A DNA stretch of 52,563 nucleotides, filler included, from Catajapyx aquilonaris (GCA_000934665.2; 2 parts of 2 records of this genome joined end to end with filler, not necessarily neighbours in it); one strand, 5' to 3'; counted from the whole stretch's first letter, positions 35,745 to 47,600 are shown. Notes: generated by a model not told the origin, from the letters alone. A program made the numbers and translations.

Positions 35745-38700
35745 TTAATTCCGAGCTTTTAATTTTTTGGCAATTGCAGCCACCAATCCAGCTCCTTTAC
35801 CACTTCCATCCTCAGCTAAAAATAGCTGAAACTATTCAAAAAAAATAAAAAGTGGATTGAAAAAATAGGATCACGCCTGAAAAAAATGATTTTTCGCTTA
35901 CCTTCTTTCCCGGAGCCATTCTGCTAATGAACTGAGTCATTAATTGCTTCAGACGTGGATGATACTTAAAAAGGGAGCCATCGACTGCGATCGTGATCTC
36001 CTGGCGATCTATGCGGTTCAAAACGCTGGACAAACCTGTTAAGCATAATTCGCACATTTTTTTTTTTTACAAGAGATGCTTCGATTAATTAAGATTTAAA
36101 TTATCTCACAAATGGAAACGAGAAGAGCGGCTCTGGTTGACACGACGCTGGAAATGTGCTTGACAATGGTCATGTCATCCTCTCCGAAGGTCAGGCTCAT
36201 GTCTTGCAGGATTTGGGTAATGTGCTCTGATGAGTTGTTCAGGGTGTCTCTATGGAAGAAAGATTTTTTTAAATGTGAATCACACTCAATAAAGTTCCTG
36301 AGTAAAGTTAGAAAGTGTAAGAAATTTCATATTGAACTAATTAATAAAGCAAGTTATTACAACAGTAACAAAATAGGAGTAGTGACCATTCATTACATGT
36401 CAAACTTACTCTTCAATTTGTGAGATGTAACTGGAATGGAAGCTTCCGTGAGTTAGAAGCTGCTCGGTGGCGATGCCGCTGAAGATGGCCTTGTCCTGGG
36501 TCAGTTTGACCAGAATGACCCTGACAATTTCGCCCAGGTAAGTTCCGGCCACGTATTTTTCAAACCTGCATAGAACATATAAGTCACAGTCTAAATTCGA
36601 GAACTATAGAGTCATACGTACGTAAATGAATTGACTAGCAATGAGCTGTTGTCCACGTCTCTATCAAAATCCGTCTTGATAAAGTCCAGAACTCCGTTGT
36701 CACCAAAAGCACCCCATTCAATATCTATGATCACCTGTATTAAATCATTAGTTACAAGTGGATAAAAATATTCTAAAAGCAAGAATGACCTCTTTGGCTC
36801 CGCGGTTGTCCTTCCACTGCCTGATCCTGTCTGCTCTCTCGATATAACATGCGTTGCATCCACTTCCGAGGATGAGTCCCACTGCGCATCTGTGGTCCAG
36901 GAAGGCTCCCTGGACTAATGTTCCAGTGGTGTCGTTCAGGACGGCCACCACTTCCACCTGGAGGTCGCCTCGACGCTTCAGGGCGTCGCTCAGCATCTGA
37001 GACGCGTTCTCTCCGACCACGTCTGGGCAGTTGAACGTCTTCGTCCAGGACAGGAGGATGCCCACGTCGATCCCTCTGTGCTCCATAGGGAAAGAGAAGG
37101 TGAATCCTGAGAGAAGATAAAATAAATATTAGCACTAAAAAGTGTTGGCCATTGCAATTCATCATTAATACATGTAACACTTGTTCATGTACTGAGAAAA
37201 CATTTTATTAAACTTATTGTGACCAAAACAATAATTTTTTTTCAGGTGCTATGAAATTATGGGCTAGGTCAACATTCAATGACATGCATTGTAATGTCAC
37301 ATTTTACTCCGAAGAATCTTATCCAGCACTTAGTACATTATTCACTTATCAAGAAGGCTATACTTCCGCACTTATTCGTGTCTCGAATGCTGGCTGAAGC
37401 AATAATTCTTTGTCTCAGACAATTGCAAAAACTAGCCACAGAATGTGGCCTTGCACACATTATCCAATTTCATGTGACATATACTGCTGTATCATAAACA
37501 ACAGTTAATATTCGAGGCAGTTCTTGTTAAAATATATTATTATGATGGAGGAATGATGGTCTGACCTAAAGGCAAGGTTCGATGAAGCATGTTCTTTTCC
37601 TTCAGAAAGTCGTGTATACATTCGGCCAGGAAATCAAACAGAGGCTTTCCAGGTCCTTTACGAAGATGGTCCGCCACATGATAGTACTTTAGCTCCTCTC
37701 GAGCTATAGCACCACTCTCAAGGACCAAAAGACACACTCGGAAGTTGGTTCCTCCAAGGTCTAGCGCCAGGTATTCGCCTTCCTCTGTAAACAATATCAT
37801 TTAAATGTATTTTGATGAGTAAAGCGTGCAATGATGAATGTACCTGATCCGTCTGGAAGTTCAGGTATGTATGTATTTTCCATCTGGAGCGACGAAGGTT
37901 CTCCAGCGAGACCTCTCTCCATCTCTGATTCAAAGACATCTCGGATTCTCCTTTGAGTATCAGCATTCAGTTTCAGTCCTGCCAGCAGCTGTTCAACCTG
38001 CAGAGATGGTTCAAAAAATAATAATATAGTTCAAGTGAGACAGAACATGTAATTTAGTTATCGCGACACTACCAATAAAGCTAGATGTCAACCGACAAAC
38101 AAACGTGAGGCTGTAATTTTACCGAGTTATAATTAGAAAGCAGATCAGTTTACATACAGATTGAATCAGATCTCGTCAAGTTTCGCGCGCCCAATTCGTT
38201 ACAAAAAAAAAAACGTCTTTCTGACCACTAACGACTTCCTTTTCATCTATTGAAACGTATCTAGATTAAAAGGAGTGTAGCAGAAAAAAAAAGTTTTCTC
38301 TCTTCAGTCAAGATGTATAAACATTGTAGCGCAACACGACCTCCAAATGCAATCGATCGAATCAGAATAGTCTATTGATTCTGCTGCGCGTAGTTTTAGA
38401 ACCTGAGATTCACCCCGTTACAATTTACTGTGCTTTTACATTTGTTGGTAATTTATATCTAATTTCTATATCAAATTTTACAAGTTTGATTAAGACGATT
38501 GTTGCGCCAGGTTCAAATCCATGCTGGGAAAACAATCCGTTGCTGTCACATCCTATACAGTAATGAGGAAGTGTTGACATTTTCTGTGCAGTATTACATA
38601 ACACGTCTATGACTCTTAAAGAGGAAAACATATGTAAAAAAAAATTCGCACGGACTTCCATATAATTTGTGAGGCGTGACCTCGAATGCGGCAATGTGCC

Positions 38701-38950
38701 AACACGATGCTTAAAATTCAAGCACGATACGTGGAGTGTATGACGTCAACCTGTAACATGTGCACTTTTATCTGACCCAAGTGTAATGTATTCTACACAC
38801 CCGGTGGGGGAAAAAAAAGTCATGCAACGACATTAATTTACATACCTGTTGCACCTTCTTGTTGTCTGCAAGCTTCAGCTCCGGAAAATCTAATCCGGAA
38901 CACATTTCTGCGTCTGGTTTGTGTGATGTTACGGACTCGACTGCTGCCAT
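35745..38950 (-). CDS. Hexokinase, canonical 50-kDa type (HK-A), about 474 aa. Exons 38950-38846, 37997-37844, 37784-37566, 37106-36790, 36734-36622, 36565-36410, 36249-36110, 36035-35902, 35831-35745
   Basis: Phase-consistent, 1425 nt. Motifs LALDLGGTNFRV, LGFTFSFP, WTK, VLNDTTGTL, GSGCNACY, EWGAFGD, FEK, AVDGSLF and EDGSGKGA are all intact. Confidence 0.95.
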
Positions 38951-39031
38951 CGGATTACGCACTCTTTTTCCACATGACTATATAGAAGTGAAAGCTTCCT
39001 GCAATTGGCGCTAGAGAGGCGCTCCCTCTCG

Positions 39032-39038
39032 TTTTATA
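39032..39038 (-). promoter_or_regulatory. Candidate TATA box of HK-A
   Basis: Minus-strand TATAAAA about 80 bp upstream of the ATG at 38950. Confidence 0.45.
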
Positions 39039-39421
39039 AAAGGGGTTTTATTATGTAACTGACCAGTGGTCCTGTTTTTGTGACCTATGGGACAGTAATG
39101 AAGGGTTGAGTTGGTTGCGGGATGTTTTTATTGGAGTCGACGCATGCGGATCATGAATCTGAGACGTCTTTGCAATCTGGATGTCTTTATAGAATGGATC
39201 ATTTCCTGTGAAGCTTTGATTGGTTACGAGGACATTTCTGCACTTGTAAGGGCTTCGACTGGAGGACACTTTTTTTTCTATACGGGGTTGGTGTTGCGTA
39301 AGGTGCCAAAAGATAGAGAGGAAACTGCCCATCAGAATGGACAGTCCTGAACAATCATCAAAACTTTGAAAAATATCATGTAACCCATTTATTATTCAGC
39401 CAAAAAAATTAGCAAAAACAT

Positions 39422-41440
39422 TCAAGCTTTGGCAGCTGCAGCCACAAGAGCAGCTCCTTTTCCGCTTCCTTCTTCCGCCAGTATCAATTCAAACTGCGGA
39501 AAAAAAACATAAGGTGCAAATTTCTGCACACTTTCGCACACCATGAGAGCACTTACCTGTCTTCCAGGACACATGTCGCTTATGAACTTGTACATGTATG
39601 ACCTGAGTCGTGGATGGTACTTGAAGAGTGAGCCGTCGATCGCGATTGTCGTTTCAGGTCGAGCCATTCTCTCCAGCAAGTGTGAGAGATGAATCGATGC
39701 AACAATGGCCGTCCTTACAGATATGAGTTGACATATGTGCTTCACGATTGCGATGTCATCTTCAGTCGGACTCAATTCCAGATCTGTCAGAAACTTCCTG
39801 GTGTTTTCAGTCTTGTTGTTCAAGTTGTCCCTTGAAAATAATTCGGATTATGACACAAGCATCAACATAAAAATTGACTAATTGTAAATATTTATCTAAT
39901 AAATAATAGCCATGTACTTACTCTTCAGCTTTGGATATATCTGGTGCCCCAAAACTCTCAGCAGCTGTCAATTTGTCAGATACTTTCCCATTAAAAAGTA
40001 GCCCTTCTTTGGCCAGTTTTATCGTCGCAAGGCGTAATAATTCGCCATAATATGCTCCACCAATAATCTTCTCAAGTCTGCAGAAAGAATATTGGTAAAC
40101 CACTAAAAATGAGTGCACATAAATGCTAATCAGAGTAACATTTAGTTAAAAGTACTTGCTACAGTCTCTGACTGTTCTGAATATTTTATAGTAAGCTGCT
40201 TCACTATGTACACATAGTACAAGCAATCACGTACGTGAACATATTAGGCTCGATTGATTTCTCGTCAATTTCCAGATCAAATTCAGTCTTGAAACTATCC
40301 AGCTTCCCATCCTCTCCTAAAGAGCTGCTCTCTGTGTTCACCACCACCTGAAGACCAAAAATCGTATTAAGAAACAATTCGCCCAAAGTATTAGTTAAAT
40401 GATAGCCGACAATGACCTTTCCTGTTCGACCTTTCCCTGCATGACCTCCCTTCTTAATCTTGTCTGCATCTTCCAGATAGCAAACGTTGTATCCACTCCC
40501 CAAGATAACTCCCATGGCGCTTCTCTTGTCCTGAAACGCTCCTTGCATCAGGGTTCCTGTGGTGTCGTTCAGGATGGCCACCACCTCCACATTGACCATC
40601 CCTTGTCTTTTGATGGCCTCCTTCAACAAAAGGGCAGCGTCTTTCCCAACAACATCTGGACAGTCGAATGAATTAGCCCAGGAGATAAGAATACCAGAGT
40701 CGATCGCCATTTGGTGGAATGGAAATGAGTATGTGAAACCTACGGGGAAATAAACGTGTACAAAAAAAAAAGGTAACGTGCTGAGACAATATTAAACTCG
40801 GTGGACATACCAAGTGGCAGCTTTTTCTCCAGAAGGTTCCGTTTCTTCAAGAAGTCGTGGATTGATTCGGCCAGAAAATCAAACATTAGAACTCCAGGCC
40901 CCTTTCGCAGCTTGGAAGGAACCTCGTAGTATTCCAGCTGAACATCCTGTTCTTTTCCAGCACCTCTAAGCGTCAGGAGGCATACTCGGAAGTTGGTTGC
41001 ACCCAAGTCTAATGCCAGGTATTCTCCAACCTCTATACAAAAGGAGTCGATTTTTGTGACAGCATATACACTTTAATAACGAACACAACTGACCAGATCC
41101 GTTTGGAAGCTCCGAAATGTGTGTGTTTTCCATCAGCATTCTTGTGGGCTCCCCTCGCAATCCTTTTTCCAGCTCATCATTAAAGATGGTCCTGAATTGT
41201 GTCCTCCTCTTCTGATCCCATTTGAATCCCTTCAATTCATTCTCCACCTACATAAAAAAACATAGTCAGACACTAACCTTGAACTGATAGTCATGCGAAC
41301 TCGGCCTGATCGAAAGTGAAACCGCACAGGATTTTGATCTATACCGTACTGCTACATGTATATAATATTAATATATGACAAACCTTATCCGCTTTGGACT
41401 TGTCCTTCAAAACAAGGGACGGGCAGTATTCTGGTTCCAT
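39422..41440 (-). CDS. Divergent hexokinase paralogue (HK-B), about 456 aa. Exons 41440-41384, 41247-41094, 41032-40811, 40739-40417, 40347-40235, 40077-39922, 39830-39557, 39493-39422
   Basis: Phase-consistent, 1371 nt. Motifs LALDLGATNFRV, GFTYSFP, WAN (for WTK), ILNDTTGTL, NTESS, LEK, IDGSLF and EEGSGKGA. Confidence 0.93.
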
Positions 41441-42172
41441 TGCTTCAAAATATATGTCCGTGCAGCTCAATGAATCAAGCTCGACTGACGTGTTAGCCCT
41501 GAATTGTGAACAGAGGGCGTCACTTTAGTTGGTTGACTGACCTACAAACCTTGTCCTCTATTTGCTTTTATTGAAGCCGCGACCACTATAAGTCACGAAT
41601 ACGCTCCAAGTGCGATTATGGTATATCAATAGGCCTACTTACCTGGCAGCATAATTCAAAACCGTTATGTAACTACAAGTTGGCAGACCTGCTATGCTTA
41701 GTAAAGTTGCGTGTGGTTGCGTGCAACCCACTCTTTTTGTTTCAAAAGTCTGCAGCATTATCAGAGGTGATTAATTACTGCGTTTCTGAGCTTGGTTGCT
41801 AGCACAGTCTATTGTTTGCAAATTAGGGCACGGTATATTTACACCGTACCAAGCACAGCAAATTGGTGCCTTTTCATTCAGATCAAGCCCTATAGTTATG
41901 ATACATTATTACAATAATGTTATTGGTACTTCTCCAACGATTGTACCGGAAACCGTCAATTTAGGGAACATAACATGGAGATTAAACGAATTCTTGAAGT
42001 ACTGTACATCATTTATTCGTGTATAACTGAAATCCTGAATAATATCCATCCGAACTTGTAGGTTGTAATTTTCTTACACACGACACTACGACGCTGTTTA
42101 ATTAAGACAATCAAACAATCAAGCTGGTGATATATTGCCCAAAACTGAAGAAAGTGCCACAATATATAGTTC

Positions 42173-44259
42173 TCACGCCTTCTTTTTCTTCTTAATAATG
42201 GCAGCAGTCAACGCAGCACCTTTAATCGTGCCATCCTCAGCAAGTATGATCTCAAACTGGAAACGACATTATCATTTCGACTTGAACACTGCAATAGAAC
42301 TCACATCGCTTTACCTTCTTTCTGGGGACCAGTTCGTGCAGGAAAGTGTGCAGATACGAGTTCATTCGCGGATTCTTCCTGTACAAGGCGCCATCGACTG
42401 CAATTGTCGCTTCATTGCATCCCATCCTCTTCATCAAGCATGCGACGCAGATCGAGGCGATCATCGCTGTCCTTAGGCACATGAGTGCACTCACGTGCTT
42501 CACGATCGCAACTTCTTCGGCTATCTTCGCCGCGAGACCAAAGCCTCCCGTCAGATTGGCCTTCGTCCTGCCAGCGTCGTCCAGGTTGTCTCTTTTTTAT
42601 TTTATTTGGGAGAACACTCTGAGAGTTTATACATTCGTGAGACAGCTCCAAAGGACATACAAACATCAAGGGCAGCTCAAAATTCAGCCCTAAAAGCTTG
42701 TCATTCGACAACCTGGACATACTCACTCTTCAGCTTCCAGGACGAACCGCATGTCTAAACTGCCTGGAGTCTCCAGATTGAGCTTGCATCCAGAAAATCC
42801 TAACTCGTTGAACAGCTTCAACAAGACGAGACGCATCAACTCGCCCAAGTGAGCGCCTCCAGCAATTTTATCCATCCTGCCCACCCAAAAAAAATAAATG
42901 GATGTTACTATATACGACCCTGAACTCTGACCCGAAACAGTAGCTTACGTGAAAGAGCTGGGCTCATCCGACTTCTCGTCCAGCTCGGTGTCGAACTCAG
43001 TCTTCAGATAATCCATGTTGCCTTCGTCCCCTACAAGGCCACACTCTGTGTTCACAATCACCTGCAGGCACACGAATAGTATGTGTTATAGCTAGGTCAT
43101 TAGGTCAGATTGCCCACTTTAATTATTGTGACCTTATCGCCTTCACATGTGTACTCTTTGTACAGACTGGATTTGTCCAAGTAGCAGATGTTGTAACCTG
43201 TCCCCAAAACGAGTCCTATGGCGCATTTGGGGTTTTGAAAGGCTCCTTGTACCAGTGTGCTTGTGGCGTTGCTTAGGATGGCCACCAACTCCACTTTGGA
43301 CAGATTCTTTCGGGACAGGGCCTCGCTCAGGACGAGGGACACGTCCTTTCCGATAGAGGCGGAGTCCTTGTACCGGCTGCCCCAGGTAATCAAGATGCCC
43401 GAATTTATCTCCTTTTGGTAGTACGGAAACCCTAAAGTGAAACCTATACGAGAAAGAGAGCCAACCCGTTGTCAAAATTTGGCAACACTGTCCCCTGGAC
43501 TTAGTGCGTTATGCCACAACAATATGGCGCGCATCATCTCTCTCTGCACACTACTGCCACTCTCAGTTACTAATGCACGTTGGTGATGAGTCAACGTATA
43601 AAGGGACAGAGTGACACCTAAGATAATTTTTGTACATGATGATTAATATTGCCTACCCAGAGGTAGCTGCTTCTCCAAAAGGTTTCTCTTGCTCAAAAAT
43701 TCGTGGAGGGAATTAGCTATAAAGTCGAACAAGCTGCTGTCCGTGGCCTGTCTCACATCTGGAGGCACCAAGTAGCTCTCAATATCCACATCGGGCTCGG
43801 AATCTCGTCCTTTGAGAACCATGAGGCAAACGCGGATTCGACTCGAATCCAGCTCTAGTCCCAGGTACTCTCCGACCTCTGAAAAACATGACTCTTATAT
43901 AGTTACATATCCTTGTGTCGGAATAAAAAGTACGGGCCCTCACCAGACCGATCTGGAAATTGCGACACGTGTGTGTTGATCATCAGCATCGTTGTCTCTT
44001 CCTCCGGATTAAAACCTTTAGCCAACTCGAGCTTGAAGTCCAAAAAGAACCTCATCATCGTATCCTTACTTAAGCTGAATCCTTTAACAATATCCTCAAT
44101 CTGCATTGGAAAACATGTCCCGTTCATGTAATTGTTATACGGGTAGGTACAATTACTCACTTTTTCCTTCCGCTGTACGTCGTCCAAGACAAGTTCCGGA
44201 TGACGCAGAGCTTGATTAGTCGGCGGTTTGCTCGACGAACACCCGCATTCGTCCGCCAT
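42173..44259 (-). CDS. Hexokinase-like protein, predicted catalytically inactive (HK-C), about 470 aa. Exons 44259-44161, 44100-43944, 43878-43657, 43443-43133, 43061-42949, 42876-42727, 42591-42315, 42256-42173
   Basis: Phase-consistent, 1413 nt, no stops or frameshifts, same intron positions as HK-B. Motifs altered to LGLELDSSRIRV, GFTLGFP, WGS, ILSNATSTL, MDK, VDGAL and EDGTIKGA. Ends KKKKKA. Confidence 0.88.
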
Positions 44260-44286
44260 ACTGTACCGTTTTTCCGTGTCACAATC

Positions 44287-44328
44287 ATTACCGATGGCAA
44301 CAATCGGAATTTGCGTTTCTGTCGCAAC
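44287..44328. promoter_or_regulatory. Two X-box-like (RFX) motifs in the HK-C/IFT88 divergent promoter
   Basis: ATTACC-GAT-GGCAAC (44287-44301) and GTTTCT-GT-CGCAAC (44315-44328) are imperfect matches to GTNRCC(N0-3)RGYAAC. Confidence 0.55.
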
Positions 44329-44631
44329 CGTTCATTTAGTTAACAGACATTCGAACATTTTTTTTATTCCTTTTTTTTAAAAAAACCAAGGTTCAAAAAC
44401 GCCCGCGCTTTCAAATTCATCAGAATATCGAACACTCCCGGCAACTTCGCCCATCAAGAGGAAATAGCGAATCGTGAATATGCGGCTGCCGAAAATTCAC
44501 TCCGGCTACCAGGCCAAGGTTCGTGTTCGAATTATCGATCTTCTGAAGTTCAATCAATATTATTTTCTTGTTTCGTTCTGGAACGGCCATTTGTGGTGTG
44601 TTTGCAGTCGACGGAGGTCAGCATGGTGGCC

Positions 44632-47600
44632 ATGATGGAGCAGATGCGGCTTGGAGCCACGGGCCCTCCTCCTGGTGGTGTAGCGGCACTGGCCAAGAAT
44701 AAGGAGGAAGAGGACGACCTGTACTCCGGCTACAACGAGTATCCAGAGGCACTCAACACCAAGGACCTGCATCAGGACGAGGGGTTCCAACAGGCCATCA
44801 AAACCAGCCATGGAAGGAGGCCCACGGTATTATAAAGGACAAACAAACAAACAAACAGACGGACAGACAGACAGACAGATGGACAGACAAACAAACAAAG
44901 TGTGGTAGCCATGGTAACAAACAAACAGACGGATAGACAGACAGACAAACAGACGGACAAACAAAAAGTATAGTAGCCATGGTAACAAACAGACAGACAG
45001 ACAGACAAACAGACGGACAGACAAAAAGTATAGTATCCATGGTAACAAACAGACGGACGGACAGACAAACAGACGGACAGACAAAATGTATAGTAGCCAT
45101 GGTAACAAACAAACAAATGGACAGACAGGCAAACAGACGGACAGACAAAAAGTATAGTAGCCATGGTAACAAACAAACGGACGGACAAACAGAGGGACAG
45201 ACAAAAAGTAGTAGCCATGGTAACGAGCAAAATCCAGCCATGGAAGGAAGCTTACGGTAAGAACAAACAAACAAACACGCAAGCCATGGAAGGAGGCCAT
45301 GGGGTCACAGTAAGTACAAACAAACAGACAGACAGACAAACAAACAAACAAACAAAAGTGTAGTAGCCATGGTAACAAACAAACAAATGAACAAGCCATG
45401 AAAGGAGACCTACGGAAAGAACAAACAAACTAACACACAAATCCAGCCATAGAAGGAAGCCGACAGTACGAACAAACAAGCCATGGAAAGAGACCGATGG
45501 TAAGAACACAGAACAAACAAACAACCAGACAAAACTAGCCTTGGAAGGAGACCCACAGCGAGAACAAACAAACAAACAAACAAACAAACAAACGAATGTA
45601 TGTATGAATAAACAGGCTAATAGTTGTCTGATTTTGTCTAACGTTGCAGGCCACACCGAGGGTACCGAGTACTGCGATGCGGCTTGGGACTGCGTCTGGC
45701 GTAAGTACTGTTCGGTACGGTTGCATCGCAGTTATTGTGATATGAACTTTTTGTAGTACCGAGCTGGTGCGACTGGGACGGGTTTGCGGACTGCAATGGC
45801 GTCACGTGCGGGCATGCAGACCGGGGATATGGATGTTGCCAGGCCGATTACAGCGGTGCGTGGAGCTGGGTACACGTCCAGTCAGAACAGGACGCCCGGA
45901 CAGAAGCTGTTCGATCCGTTGAACCTGGCAGCGAAGGGGACGGGGCCTGCGCCGCCCTTGGAGCTGAAGCTGGATGAGAGTCCGGAGGGGAAGATACGGC
46001 AGCTGGAGCGGAAGGTGAACGACTTGATTGAGGAGTCAATTTTGTTTGCCAAGAAGGGCGATGCGCGGACGGCGTTGGAGAGGGCCAAGGAGGCGTCCGC
46101 TAAGGAGAAGTCGCTGATCCGCATGCGGGACCAGATTGGGCTGAAGGACGGACATAATATGGATATGACGTTCAACGTTGCGTTTAATCTAGCCTCTGCG
46201 TACACGGTCAACGAGATGTACGTAGAAGCGCTTAGCACCTACCAGGCAATCACAAAGAACAGGATGTTCAGCAACGCCGGACGTCTGAAGCTGAACATGG
46301 GGAATATTTATTTCAAGCAGGGGCAGTACGCAAAAGCCATCAAATTGTATCGGATGGCATTAGATCAGGTACGCTCTTCATCCGTCAAGTGTACTTATTT
46401 TGTAATAACATGTCGTTCCTCCAGGTTCCGAACACGCACAAGGAGCTTCGTCTGAAGATAATGCACAACATCGGCTCCTTGTTTGTGAAGATGGGCCAGT
46501 ATGGCGATGCAGCCACGTCCTTCGAGTACATAATGCAGGAAAAGCCGGACCACAAGACCGGCCTGAATTTGATCCTCTGTTACTACTCGCTTGGTGATCG
46601 TGAGAAGATGAAAAAGGGATTTCAGGTCTGTTGCGTAGTTAATCGAGAGAGAGAGAGAGCTTCATGTATTGTAATTGCGTTTCTACAACGTAGGCCATGT
46701 TGGAGGTGCCTCAGTGCTTGGGACGCGACGACGAAGACAAGTACCATCTGGTGGGTGGCGAGGACCCTCTCCAACGTGCAATTATAGAGACAGTGAAAAA
46801 CGACAGCTACAGCCAGTTCCAGCGCAGGCGGAAGGAATCGACAGTGTACTCCGTGCTCACTTCGGCCAAGTTGATATCCCCTGTGCTGGGCTCGCCTGCG
46901 GTGGAAGGCAACGAGAACGGAGAGGGGCACGACTGGTGCGTGGAGGCCGTGAAGGCCAGCGGGGGGCCATTCAGCAACCTGGCTGGTGACCTGGAGATCA
47001 ATCGTGCTGTCAGCTTGATGAAAAAGCGAGACTTCGTTTCGGCGGCCGAGACGCTAAGGGCATTCGAGAAGAGGAAGGAGGCGAAAGTGGCCGGAGCCGC
47101 GGCTACCAACCTGACCTTCCTTCACTTTTTGCAGGTGATTATGGGACATGCCGGTACACAATCGAACCTGAACTGACCGCCAAATTAATATCGCAGGGTG
47201 ACTACGAGCAAGCGGAGAAGTACGGCGAACAAGCCCGACAAGCCGACCCGTACAGTGCCGGCGCATTTGTGAACCTGGGTAACTGCGCTTTCATCCACGG
47301 CGATGTCGAAAAGGCGCGTGAAATGTACGTGGTGGCCCTCGAGAACGACTCCTCCTGCGTGGAGGCTCTCTTCAACCTGGGGCTCTCGGACAAGCGGATG
47401 GCCATGTACGAGGAGGCCCTGCAGAGCTTCGAGAAGCTGCGTCACATTGTGCACAACCACCCCCAGGTCTTGTACCAGGTGGCGCACCTCCACGAGCTTA
47501 TGGGCGAGAGAGAGCAGGCCGTCGAGTGGTACCTGCAGGTCCTGGGAGTGGTGGCGTCCGACCCAAGCATACTTCACAGGCTCGGACAGCTGTACGATAA

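Noticed and set aside
43468..43486. GTTGTC-N7-GGCAAC in HK-C intron 3 as an X-box
   Set aside because: The spacer is too long for the RFX consensus.
44836..45595. CRISPR-like appearance of a constant motif with ~60-bp period
   Set aside because: The spacers are low-complexity ACAA/ACAG, the context is a eukaryotic intron and no cas genes are present.
44772..45756. Several long ORFs rich in CLSV/TDRQ repeats
   Set aside because: They are translations of the intronic minisatellite.
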